Position numbers and translations under genes: made by a program | Shown: positions 29,420 to 38,351 of the stretch, one piece after another | How the letters are laid out: each line of letters starts with the position of its first letter | How positions within the stretch are numbered: position 1 is the stretch's first letter | Notes under the pieces: model-generated | What the model saw: the letters and a program-made list of their open reading frames with translations, nothing else | Databases searched by the model: none | What the model was told of the DNA's origin: nothing | From: Rhodospirillaceae bacterium | GTDB lineage: Bacteria; Pseudomonadota; Alphaproteobacteria; Rhodospirillales; Rhodospirillaceae | Assembly (NCBI GenBank): GCA_018666155.1 | Contig: JABJAH010000036.1 | Coordinates: forward strand, 991 to 64,990 | Direction: 5' to 3' | DNA length: 64,000 nucleotides

Positions 29420-29683
29420 GTGTCACTTAACGTCTTGTATTTTGCATGGGTCAAAGAAAAAGTCGGAACTGGAGAAGAGCAGGTATCTCCCTCGGATGAC
29501 GTGCAGACAGTTGCAGACGTCATAGAGTGGCTGAAGACCCAAAGCCCCGGCCACGCTGATGCCTTTGCCGACGCCAGCCAAATCCGCGTTGCCTTGGACC
29601 AACTCCATGTCCCGTTTGATACCTTTATCGGAAACGCCAAAGAGATCGCCTTTTTCCCGCCGGTAACCGGAGGTGATTGGTGA
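29420..29683 (+). CDS. moaD: Molybdopterin synthase sulfur-carrier subunit
   Basis: 87 aa with a ThiS/MoaD-like sequence. It lies directly upstream of moaE and overlaps it. The C-terminus reads …PPVTGGDW, two residues beyond the usual Gly-Gly end. Confidence 0.8.
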   Translation: MSLNVLYFAWVKEKVGTGEEQVSPSDDVQTVADVIEWLKTQSPGHADAFADASQIRVALDQLHVPFDTFIGNAKEIAFFPPVTGGDW

Positions 29684-30150
29684 TTCGGGTTCAAAGCGAG
29701 CCCTTCGATGCTGGCACGGAAACCAATTTGTTCCTGTCCCGTAATGCCAACTCGGGCGGCGTCGCCACATTCATTGGCCAGGTTCGTGATTTTCAGGATC
29801 AAGATTCAGGGTCGAGCAAGACCATTTCTGCGCTTGAACTCGAGCATTACCCGGGAATGACAGAGAAAGAACTCGAGCGTATCGCTGCCGAGGCGCATAC
29901 GCGTTGGCCCCTAAACGACATATTGGTTATCCATCGTTACGGCCGCATGGATCTTGGAGAGGCTATTGTCCTCGTCTGCGCAGCCGCGACCCATAGGGGC
30001 GACGCGTTCTCAGCCTGTGAATTTGTTATGGACTGGTTAAAGACACAGGCGCCTTTTTGGAAGCGCGAGCACAGCAATACGGATTCATCCTGGGTGGACG
30101 CCAAAAAGAGCGATGACACGCGCGCGGAACGCTGGAACAAGAACGATTAA
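29680..30150 (+). CDS. moaE: Molybdopterin synthase catalytic subunit
   Basis: About 156 aa. LEHYPGMTEKEL… and WKREH… are typical MoaE segments. GTG 29680 overlaps the moaD stop (GTGA). TTG 29677 is an alternative start. Confidence 0.85.
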   Translation: MIRVQSEPFDAGTETNLFLSRNANSGGVATFIGQVRDFQDQDSGSSKTISALELEHYPGMTEKELERIAAEAHTRWPLNDILVIHRYGRMDLGEAIVLVCAAATHRGDAFSACEFVMDWLKTQAPFWKREHSNTDSSWVDAKKSDDTRAERWNKND

Positions 30151-31046
30151 GCAGCGCTCGTTTCAGATGCCGCGGTTTTACCCACGGTAATATCGTATGC
30201 GTCCATCAGTGTTTTACACACTTGCCCCGGCTGAAACGTATAAGATCCAATTGACCCCACAGGCGTCACTTCAGCAGCTGTTCCGGTCAAAAAACACTCA
30301 TCTGCATTGGCCATTTCCTCGGGCATGATAGCGCGCTCAATCACTTCGTAGCCGTGCTGTTCGGCCAATCCCATGACGGTACGGCGCGTTATTCCATCTA
30401 AAAAGCAATCGGGTGTTGGGGTGTGTAGCTTTCCATCCATAACAAAAAAGATGTTGGCGCCGGTTGCTTCCGCAACCTGACCGCGCCAATCCAGCAGCAA
30501 TGCATCATCAAGCCCTTTTCGCTCTGCCGCATGTTTGGACAACGTGCAAATCATGTAGAGACCAGCCGCCTTCGCGAAAACCGGTGACGTTGCCGGTGAT
30601 GGTCGCCGCCACTCGGCCAGGTCGAGCTTTAAACCCTTAAGGCGGGCTTCGGGAGAGAAGTAAGACGGCCAGGGCCAGACGGCGATGGCAACGTTGACCC
30701 GGGCCCCTCTTGCCGTGACTCCCATGAGATCACTGCCACGCCAGGCGATAGGTCGGACATAGCCGTTCGTGATGTCGTTTGCCCGCATTGCTTCCAGGCA
30801 CGCTTCGTTCACCGTGTTTCGATCGTACGGCATTTCCATATCGAGCGTTTCGGCCGAATAGAAGAGGCGATCTGTGTGCTCCTCTAGTTTGAAAATCTTG
30901 CCGTTGTAAATTCGCTCCCCCTCAAACACAGACGATGCATAATGAAGGGCATGCGTTAGGACATGCAGTTTGGCGTCCCGCCACGGTAGGAGTTCTCCAT
31001 TGAACCAGATATATCCGTCCCGATCGTCGAAGGGTTGAATGGACAT
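30147..31046 (-). CDS. ilvE: Branched-chain amino acid aminotransferase (class IV)
   Basis: 299 aa. Contains HYASSVFEGERIY, GYVRPIAWRG and TGTAAEVTPV, typical of IlvE. Confidence 0.9.
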   Translation of the reverse strand: MSIQPFDDRDGYIWFNGELLPWRDAKLHVLTHALHYASSVFEGERIYNGKIFKLEEHTDRLFYSAETLDMEMPYDRNTVNEACLEAMRANDITNGYVRPIAWRGSDLMGVTARGARVNVAIAVWPWPSYFSPEARLKGLKLDLAEWRRPSPATSPVFAKAAGLYMICTLSKHAAERKGLDDALLLDWRGQVAEATGANIFFVMDGKLHTPTPDCFLDGITRRTVMGLAEQHGYEVIERAIMPEEMANADECFLTGTAAEVTPVGSIGSYTFQPGQVCKTLMDAYDITVGKTAASETSAA

Positions 31047-31133
31047 GGTAGGCTGCTTCCCTGATGGGTCGTGTTTAAGTCCGATTGAGACACATTGTTA
31101 ATCAAAGCTGATCCAAGACGTAACATCCCACTG

Positions 31134-31162
31134 AATATATGTCAATAATACTGACGTATATT
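31134..31162. promoter_or_regulatory. Imperfect inverted repeat, candidate operator in the ilvE/MarR divergent intergenic region
   Basis: AATATATGTCA (31134..31144), a 7-nt spacer, then TGACGTATATT (31152..31162). Arms are 10/11 complementary, and the site lies 28 nt upstream of the MarR ATG. Confidence 0.3.
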
Positions 31163-31189
31163 TTAACCCGTTGACCTCAACCCCAAGCG

Positions 31190-31693
31190 ATGCGACGCAG
31201 ACTTATGGTCGAAACTAAACCTGGCACTAACCTTCTCTTCCTCCGCGACGAGGACCTGCGACAAGGCATAGAGCTTCTCTTCTTTGCATATCGTGACTTT
31301 ACGGCTGAGGCCGACACGATTTTAGCCAAGCAGAAGTTCGGGCGAGCCCATCACCGCGTGATCTATTTTGTTGGGCAGTATCCTGGCATGAGCGTCCGCG
31401 ACCTCTTGGACATCCTGTCCATCACTAAACAGAGTCTGTCGCGGGTGCTGCGCCAACTTGTGGACGAAGGCTACATTGATCAACAGCCAGGGACGACTGA
31501 TCGTCGCCAACGGCTCCTGACGCTGACGACAAAAGGCAAAGAACTGGAAGGCCTCCTAACCAGCGAGCAGCGGGCCAGAATTGCTGCTGCCTATAAAAAC
31601 GCTGGAGCAGATGCTGTCGAGGGGTTCCGAAAGGTCATGCTCGGGATCATGGAAGGATCGGCGCGCCGCCGCTTCAATGAGGATAAGACGTAG
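31190..31693 (+). CDS. MarR-family transcriptional regulator
   Basis: 167 aa. Winged-helix region MSVRDLLDILSITKQSLSRVLRQLVDEGYI…TDRRQRLLTLT. Confidence 0.8.
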   Translation: MRRRLMVETKPGTNLLFLRDEDLRQGIELLFFAYRDFTAEADTILAKQKFGRAHHRVIYFVGQYPGMSVRDLLDILSITKQSLSRVLRQLVDEGYIDQQPGTTDRRQRLLTLTTKGKELEGLLTSEQRARIAAAYKNAGADAVEGFRKVMLGIMEGSARRRFNEDKT

Positions 31694-31702
31694 GCGTATT
31701 GA

Positions 31703-32401
31703 ATGGTCGACACTCCTCAAAATTCACCGGCCCACATTCTCGTTGTTGACGACGACACGCGCTTAAGACGATTGATTCAGAAATACCTAAAAGAACAAGG
31801 GTTTCTCGTTACCGGGGCTCCGTCTGCCAAAGACGCCCGCCAGCACATGGAATCACTGCAATTCGATTTGATCGTTTTGGACGTCATGATGCCGGGTGAA
31901 GACGGCATGAGTTTCGCGGGCGCGGTGAGAGATATCAGCGAAATTCCCATTCTGATGCTTACCGCGATGGGAGAAGCGGAGCATAGAATCCAAGGTCTAG
32001 AACACGGCGTGGACGATTATATGGGGAAGCCGTTCGAACCCAGGGAACTTCTCCTCAGGGTAAACGCCATACTTCGACGCACACCACCCCCGCCCGATGA
32101 TCGTGCCCATGAACTTAGCTTTGGTGAATGCCGATACGACATTTCACGCAATACGCTGGTTAGGGATGGCAACTCTGTTCACCTCACCTCTGCCGAAGCC
32201 GTTCTCCTGCGCACGTTAGCGATTAACGCAAACACGCCAGTACAACGCAGCCAACTCAGCAATGACGACAGTGGCCACGCCAATCCAAGAACCATCGACG
32301 TCCAAGTGACCCGCCTTCGCAGAAAGATCGAAAGCGATCCCCGCCAACCCCGCTATCTACAAACCGTGCGCGGGACCGGCTACCTGCTGCGGACCGACTA
32401 G
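31703..32401 (+). CDS. OmpR/PhoB-family response regulator
   Basis: 232 aa. Receiver domain (ILVVDDD…LDVMMPGEDG) and a winged-helix output (VQVTRLRRKIE…YLQTVRGTGY). Confidence 0.9.
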   Translation: MVDTPQNSPAHILVVDDDTRLRRLIQKYLKEQGFLVTGAPSAKDARQHMESLQFDLIVLDVMMPGEDGMSFAGAVRDISEIPILMLTAMGEAEHRIQGLEHGVDDYMGKPFEPRELLLRVNAILRRTPPPPDDRAHELSFGECRYDISRNTLVRDGNSVHLTSAEAVLLRTLAINANTPVQRSQLSNDDSGHANPRTIDVQVTRLRRKIESDPRQPRYLQTVRGTGYLLRTD

Positions 32402-32416
32402 GGCGTTGGACGACAG

Positions 32417-33799
32417 ATGACTGAAAACATTCCCGCCAAAGAATCGTTTGCAAATCGCGTCACGCGATTGATCGAGGGGGCGAACTGGAACAGTTGGATG
32501 CCCGCCACATTGATGGGGCGGTCGGGGTTAATCATCCTTGTGCCACTCATTCTCGTCCAGATCATTTCGACGTTTATCTTCTACGATAACCACTGGGAAA
32601 CACTGTCGCGCCGGTTGGCTCAAGGGCTTGCCGGTGACATCTCACACATACGCGTTTATCTGAGAGACAACCCCGCGCCTGAAGATTTTGCCTGGATCCA
32701 ATCGACAGTCCGCCAGACGATGCAGCTGGATATCGATTACGAACAGCGGGCATCATTGCCGGCTACAGAAACGATTAATGCCAAAGGGCCGTTCCCCGAC
32801 GTACTAACTCGAGAACTATGGCGCGAATTGAAGCGCCCATTCACCATCGACTTTGATCGGTCGGATCGTGAAATAGAAATCAACATGCAGTTGCCAGGTG
32901 GAGTGCTTCATGTGCTCGCGCCAAGAAAGCGTCTGTTCAGTTCGACCACCTATGTCTTCGTATTGTGGATGGTTGGCTCCTCGATGCTGCTGTTCGGTGT
33001 CGCTGCCTTGTTTCTCAATGTGCAGGTCCGAGCTGTACGGCGGCTTGCCCGCGCCGCTGATAGTTTTGGCAAGGGCCGCGATGTTCCTAACTTTAAACCG
33101 GAAGGTGCCAGAGAAGTCCGGCAGGCCGCCTTGGCATTTACCGCCATGCGCAATCGTATCCAACGGCAGATCGATCAAAGAACTGAGATGCTAGCAGGCG
33201 TATCTCATGATCTCCGCACGCCCCTTACGCGCCTTCGCTTGCAGATTGAAATGCTGGATGGTGCGGCTCCTGAGGATATTTCCGATATCAAGGAAGACAT
33301 CGATGAAATGGAGCGGATGCTTAATGGCTATTTGGCCTTTGCCCGTGGTGAGGGAGACGAAGCGCCAGAACCGACTAACCTTGAGGAGCTGCTGAATGAT
33401 ATTCACCGCCGCTTTCAGCATAGCGAAGCAACGGTTTCCCTGGAGCTGCAAGATGTTAGTGGAGAGATAACAACAAAACCAATAGCGATTAGACGCTGCC
33501 TAGCTAACCTGATCGGCAACGCCACCCGTTATGGTTCGCTTGTTGAGATATCAGCAAGAAGGTCGGGCGCCCATATTGAGATTAACGTGGACGACAACGG
33601 GCCGGGCATTGCCGACGACCACCGGGAGAGCGTCTTCAAAGCGTTCTATCGGGTTGATGCGTCGCGCAATCCAGAAACCGGTGGTGTTGGCCTTGGCTTA
33701 ACGATCGCCAGAGACATCGCCCGCAGCCTGGGCGGTGACGTCGTCCTTGGAGACAGCGCTATCGGAGGGCTGCGCGCAACCGTGCGAATCCCGGTATAA
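32417..33799 (+). CDS. Sensor histidine kinase (two TM, HAMP, HisKA, HATPase_c)
   Basis: 460 aa. H-box AGVSHDLRTPLT, G1 box DDNGPGI and G2 box GGVGLGLTI. Confidence 0.9.
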   Translation: MTENIPAKESFANRVTRLIEGANWNSWMPATLMGRSGLIILVPLILVQIISTFIFYDNHWETLSRRLAQGLAGDISHIRVYLRDNPAPEDFAWIQSTVRQTMQLDIDYEQRASLPATETINAKGPFPDVLTRELWRELKRPFTIDFDRSDREIEINMQLPGGVLHVLAPRKRLFSSTTYVFVLWMVGSSMLLFGVAALFLNVQVRAVRRLARAADSFGKGRDVPNFKPEGAREVRQAALAFTAMRNRIQRQIDQRTEMLAGVSHDLRTPLTRLRLQIEMLDGAAPEDISDIKEDIDEMERMLNGYLAFARGEGDEAPEPTNLEELLNDIHRRFQHSEATVSLELQDVSGEITTKPIAIRRCLANLIGNATRYGSLVEISARRSGAHIEINVDDNGPGIADDHRESVFKAFYRVDASRNPETGGVGLGLTIARDIARSLGGDVVLGDSAIGGLRATVRIPV

Positions 33800-33800
33800 C

Positions 33801-34451
33801 TTAATCCGCATCTTCGTCGTTTACTTGATTGTCCGACGGCCTACGATCCAGAATCAGAGACTGCATTCTCTCTAGTCGGTCCAGAGCTTGATCAAGAGCC
33901 GACATCGTCTTCGCCATATCATCGCTATCGTCGGCCAACCATGTTCGCAATACCGCTCCATAAGCTATCGTCAACGCATGCGCACGAATCATGCCGAACG
34001 GGCTGCTCGCGTCTATTCCAGATGCGATCAACATTAGAGCCATAGAATGCACAAGCGCCGGGGCTCGCTTCAAAATCGATGCCGGCCGACGGGATAGCCC
34101 CCGTATCAAAGCCTCGTATCCAGAGCGATGACGTTGCAATGCGTCAAATCGGATCATCAGAATTTCGAACAGACGATCCCGGGGTGTTTCTGAATCGTCG
34201 ATATCTTGCACTTGAGACAACACGTGCTCATCTATACGGCTCAACAACGCCGACGCAATACGGCCCGTGGTCGGATAAACGCCGATAACTCTACCTAGAG
34301 GCTCGCTTAGGGCGTCTGCCACTTTCGGCACGCTCAGTGATGCCCAGCCCTCTCGCGCCGCGAATTCTAAGGCAGCATCAGCGATCCGATCAGCGAGATC
34401 GGGTTTACTCTTCCTGCCTGGTTTTGCTTTCGCGGTCTTCTTAGTCGCCAT
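33801..34451 (-). CDS. Hypothetical helical protein, TetR-like/COQ9-like regulator candidate
   Basis: The start is placed at MATKKTAKAK… The longer listed ORF would overlap proC. The N-terminal segment RIADAALEFAAREGWASLSVPKVADAL is TetR-HTH-like. The assignment is weak. Confidence 0.45.
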   Translation of the reverse strand: MATKKTAKAKPGRKSKPDLADRIADAALEFAAREGWASLSVPKVADALSEPLGRVIGVYPTTGRIASALLSRIDEHVLSQVQDIDDSETPRDRLFEILMIRFDALQRHRSGYEALIRGLSRRPASILKRAPALVHSMALMLIASGIDASSPFGMIRAHALTIAYGAVLRTWLADDSDDMAKTMSALDQALDRLERMQSLILDRRPSDNQVNDEDAD

Positions 34452-34455
34452 CGCA

Positions 34456-35277
34456 CTATCCTGCGAGGTCTTTTGACCGTTGAGTCGCGGCCTCAACCGC
34501 GCGCGTGAGTAAAGATGGCAAACCATCATCAGCCATAAGGATCTGAAGTGCAGCCTCGGTCGTGCCTCCGGGACTGGTCACATTCTCCCTTAGCGTGCCC
34601 GCCGGTTTGGTTTCAGCATCCAACAGGGCCCCTGCACCTGATACCGTCGCCTGAGCCAATTGCTCGGCAAGGGCTGGTTCTAAACCCGCGGCGATACCGG
34701 CTTCAGCTAACGCTTCTGCCAGAAGGAACACGTAGGCGGGGCCACTACCCGAGACCGCGGTAACCGCATCCATATCCGCCTCATCCGTAATCCAGGCCGT
34801 TTGTCCAGCCGCTGCCATAAGCACTTTGCAGACGCGTTTCTGGGATGGGCCGACGGAATCCGCCGGGCATAAGACGCTTATGCCGCGCCCGATGGCCGCT
34901 GGCGTATTCGGCATCGACCGAACGACGGCCGCCTTCGGCCCGAGCATCTCCTGAATATTCTTGAGCGACAATCCGGCAATGATCGATAGGTACACGGTGC
35001 CACCTTCGGCGAACCGGGCGTAAGCTGGAATAATACCTGCCGCAGCCTGCGGCTTGACGGCAAACACAATAGCATCAGGTGTAAAATCACTGGGCAACTC
35101 TGATGCGTCGGTGAGGACGCTTAGCGCTGGATGTTCATCCGTCGATTCAACAGCTGCGCGCCCAGCGGGCTCGACGATCATTATATCGACCGGACTAAGG
35201 CCCTGCGCAAACCACCCCTTTAAAAGAGCGCCGCCCATTTTGCCACATCCGACGAGAAGTATGGTGCCTTCGATCAT
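34456..35277 (-). CDS. proC: Pyrroline-5-carboxylate reductase
   Basis: ATG start giving MIEGTILLVGCGKMGGALL (Rossmann motif). The C-terminus has VTSPGGTTEAAL, typical ProC. Confidence 0.9.
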   Translation of the reverse strand: MIEGTILLVGCGKMGGALLKGWFAQGLSPVDIMIVEPAGRAAVESTDEHPALSVLTDASELPSDFTPDAIVFAVKPQAAAGIIPAYARFAEGGTVYLSIIAGLSLKNIQEMLGPKAAVVRSMPNTPAAIGRGISVLCPADSVGPSQKRVCKVLMAAAGQTAWITDEADMDAVTAVSGSGPAYVFLLAEALAEAGIAAGLEPALAEQLAQATVSGAGALLDAETKPAGTLRENVTSPGGTTEAALQILMADDGLPSLLTRAVEAATQRSKDLAG

Positions 35278-35347
35278 GAACGCACCATAGCACAAAGTGT
35301 CGGCCTTTCAGCCGCCCGATCGCAGAGTTTTAAAGAGACAGTGGAAC

Positions 35348-35848
35348 CTAGGCTTCGCCGACCGTATCAAGGAGAGCGCAGGCGATAGCATCGTCGGGTG
35401 TCCGGCCACCCCAAATGACGAACTGAAACGCCGGGTAGTAGCGCTCACATTCGCTGCGGGCCAGATCAACGAGATCGTCTACGTGCGCGGCATCGAGACG
35501 GCCACCGCTGCAATGAATGGTATGCCGAAACATGGGGATCCCTTCATCAACCCAGATCGCGAAATGCCCAGTCCACAAACGCTCATTCAACTTGGCGATA
35601 AGCTCGTAAATATTGCTAAGAATTTTTGGTTGCACTCGCATATCCAAAGCGCAGGAAAAATGCAGTGCGTCTAATTCTTGTGACCATGCAAAAAACAATC
35701 CGAAGTCACACCAAGTACCCGGCGCTTCAACTGCCATTTCTTCATCGCTGCGGCGATCAAATACCCAATCTTTTATGGAGATCACTTCTTCGATGCGATC
35801 CAGCGGGTTGTCCGCTGTCGATTCATGGCTGACGGTGGTGGTGCGCAT
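35348..35848 (-). CDS. YbjN-domain protein
   Basis: 166 aa, acidic and chaperone-like. Its position next to proC is as I recall in many alphaproteobacteria. The call is from resemblance only. Confidence 0.6.
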   Translation of the reverse strand: MRTTTVSHESTADNPLDRIEEVISIKDWVFDRRSDEEMAVEAPGTWCDFGLFFAWSQELDALHFSCALDMRVQPKILSNIYELIAKLNERLWTGHFAIWVDEGIPMFRHTIHCSGGRLDAAHVDDLVDLARSECERYYPAFQFVIWGGRTPDDAIACALLDTVGEA

Positions 35849-36050
35849 GGAAACCCCTCATTTGCCCCGGACTCGAACGACTATTCGAGCCGTCAAATTC
35901 GTAGCCTATGAATCAAGATATAGTAGGTTCTGAGGGGCGGCAATAACTAATCTTAGTAGATATACCGAGTCGCGAACTCTCTTTTTTCCGTCATGGAATC
36001 GAATACAACTGCCACTTTCCAAGGCGAAGCACAGGCTAAGTCGGTCTGTT

Positions 36051-36380
36051 TTAGGCTTTTTTCTGGGCCGAAGGCGTTGCAGCTTTTTTAGACCTGATTG
36101 CACGCTTAGATCCCGGTTTCTTTGGCGTCGCGGATTCACCAGCACCGGCTTCAAGCACCGAGAGGAGTGTTGCAATGCGTTCCTGTTCAGCCCGCGCTTC
36201 AGAGGCCATCGCTTTTACAGCCTCAAACTCTTCACGACTGACAAGGTCATGGTCGGCCATAAACCGTTCGACGCGCTGCTTTACCAAGTTCTCGATTTCT
36301 TGCTTGAGGCTGCCAAGAGCCCCGAGGGCCCCACCAGCGACTTTAGCAATGTCATCGAAGATTCGTTTCTGACTCTGCAT
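36051..36380 (-). CDS. ubiK: UbiK/YqiC-family accessory factor
   Basis: 109 aa. IFDDIAKVAGGALGALGSLKQEIENLVKQRVERFMADHDLVSREEFEAVKAM matches the UbiK/BMFP coiled-coil family. It has a Lys-rich tail. Confidence 0.75.
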   Translation of the reverse strand: MQSQKRIFDDIAKVAGGALGALGSLKQEIENLVKQRVERFMADHDLVSREEFEAVKAMASEARAEQERIATLLSVLEAGAGESATPKKPGSKRAIRSKKAATPSAQKKA

Positions 36381-36533
36381 GGTGAGTCTCCGTAGTCAGT
36401 GTGTAAGCACCAATATCGACCTGTCACGCTCAACCTTCAAGGGCTGCGCGCCTACGAACTTGTTTTTGTTCCGTTGCCGCATCAAACCCAATCCGTCATA
36501 ACTCGACGAACAAATCAGCCTATTGAGTGGTTT

Positions 36534-37520
36534 ATGCTTGTCATCACCGGAGCCGCCGGATTTATCGGATCGAACCTTCTCGCGAAGTTAGAAGCGGCCG
36601 GTTCAGTGTCTATTGCGGCCTGCGACATTCTGGATAGCGACTCCAAGCAAAACAACGTGGCCAAAAGAGATGCCGTAACCTGGATCAATCCGGCAGATGT
36701 ACTGAATTATCTTGCGGCTCACTCCAGTGACATTGAGGCACTCATTCACCTTGGCGCTGAGACCGCGACCACAGCAACGGATCGTGATGCCGTTTTCGCC
36801 GTCAATGTTGATCTCAGCAAAGCGCTTTGGGAATGGGCCACCCAAACACGGACACCGTTCCTGTACGCGTCGTCAGCGTCGGTCTATGGCGACGGCGTTC
36901 TTGGCTTCGACGACGATCCGTCGCCAGAAGCGATGGGAAAACTAAAGCCGCTCAATATTTATGGCGAAAGCAAACTTGCTTTCGATCTGTTCGTTGCAGA
37001 GCAAGTCGCAGCGAGCGCCGCTACGCCACCGCAATGGGCGGGGCTTCGGTTCTTTAATGTGTTCGGACCCAATGAATTGCACAAAGGAACTCAAGCCAGC
37101 GTTGTCAGTCAGATGCATCCCATTGTTGCCCAGGGTGAGCCTTATCCCTTATTCCGTTCGCACCGGGCCGATGTGGCGGACGGAGAACAACGCCGAGATT
37201 TCGTCTTCGTTGACGACTGCGTCGGAGTCATTCAGTGGCTCTTAACCCATCCGGGCGTCTCAGGGCTCTTTAACGTAGGAAGTGGACAAGCCCGAACATT
37301 TCTCGATCTCGCAAAAGCGGTACACCGGGCCTCTGGGAGGGATTACCATCCGAGTTGGCGGGACACGCCGGAGAGTCTTAAGGAACACTATCAATATTTC
37401 ACTCAGGCCGAACTAACGCGTCTGCGACGAGCCGGTTACACAGATCCGTTTACCTCACTCGAAGACGGTGTCACCATTACAATCAAAGAATTTCTCAGCC
37501 AACCCGATCCCTTCCGCTGA
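36534..37520 (+). CDS. hldD: ADP-L-glycero-D-manno-heptose 6-epimerase
   Basis: Starts MLVITGAAGFIGSNL. Contains FLYASSASVYG, FFNVFGPNELHKGTQASV, and YQYFTQAELTRLRRAGYTDPFTSLEDGV, which closely parallels E. coli HldD [28 protein letters not shown]. Confidence 0.9.
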   Translation: MLVITGAAGFIGSNLLAKLEAAGSVSIAACDILDSDSKQNNVAKRDAVTWINPADVLNYLAAHSSDIEALIHLGAETATTATDRDAVFAVNVDLSKALWEWATQTRTPFLYASSASVYGDGVLGFDDDPSPEAMGKLKPLNIYGESKLAFDLFVAEQVAASAATPPQWAGLRFFNVFGPNELHKGTQASVVSQMHPIVAQGEPYPLFRSHRADVADGEQRRDFVFVDDCVGVIQWLLTHPGVSGLFNVGSGQARTFLDLAKAVHRASGRDYHPSWRDTPESLKEHYQYFTQAELTRLRRAGYTDPFTSLEDGVTITIKEFLSQPDPFR

Positions 37521-37535
37521 CCCGATCTGCATCTC

Positions 37536-38348
37536 ATGAGTCTATTCGCCCTGACGTTCCCGACCATCGATCCGATCCTCATTGAGATCGGCCCCTTTGC
37601 CATTCGCTGGTATGCCTTGGCGTACATCGCTGGCTTGTTTGGTGGCACCTGGTACATGCGTCGCCTAGTCGCTAAGCCACCCGCCCTCATAACGCCGGAG
37701 CAAGCCGACGACTTTCTGATCTGGGCCTTGATTGGAATCATTGTCGGCGGGCGGCTGGGCTACGTGTTGTTTTATAAACCGGCCTATTACCTTTCTAATC
37801 CCAATGAAATTCTCATGACCTGGGAGGGCGGTATGTCCTTCCACGGCGGGCTGATCGGGGTAACCCTTGCGATCATCCTGTTTGCCCGGAAATTGAATGT
37901 CGACAAATGGTATGTCGCTGACAACGTCAGTTGTGCCGTACCCATTGGCCTCCTTCTCGGGCGCCTGGCTAATTTCATAAACGGAGAACTGTATGGTCGG
38001 ACCGCGCCGGATGTCAGTTGGGCTATGGCGTTCCCGAGCGGTGGTCCAATTCCGCGGCATCCCAGCCAATTGTACGAAGCGTTTCTCGAAGGTGCGGTTT
38101 TACTCGTTCTACTAAATCTACTTTGGCGTCAGGACGCGGTGCGTCAACGGCCAGGGGTCATAACAGGCTGCTTTTGTGTTGGTTACGCCATAGCCAGAAT
38201 CATAGTCGAGCTGTTCCGTGAACCGGATCGCCATCTCGGGCTCCTGACATTCGGCATGACGATGGGGCAGATTCTTTCGGGGGCGCTCTTGGTCTTCGGC
38301 GCTTGGGTTGTCTGGCGTTCTTTAAAGCGCCCTCCCGTTACGGGCTAA
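37536..38348 (+). CDS. lgt: Prolipoprotein diacylglyceryl transferase
   Basis: 270 aa. Contains IRWYALAYIAG, GGRLGYVLFY, FHGG and HPSQLYEA, the Lgt signatures. Confidence 0.9.
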   Translation: MSLFALTFPTIDPILIEIGPFAIRWYALAYIAGLFGGTWYMRRLVAKPPALITPEQADDFLIWALIGIIVGGRLGYVLFYKPAYYLSNPNEILMTWEGGMSFHGGLIGVTLAIILFARKLNVDKWYVADNVSCAVPIGLLLGRLANFINGELYGRTAPDVSWAMAFPSGGPIPRHPSQLYEAFLEGAVLLVLLNLLWRQDAVRQRPGVITGCFCVGYAIARIIVELFREPDRHLGLLTFGMTMGQILSGALLVFGAWVVWRSLKRPPVTG

Positions 38349-38351
38349 GGC

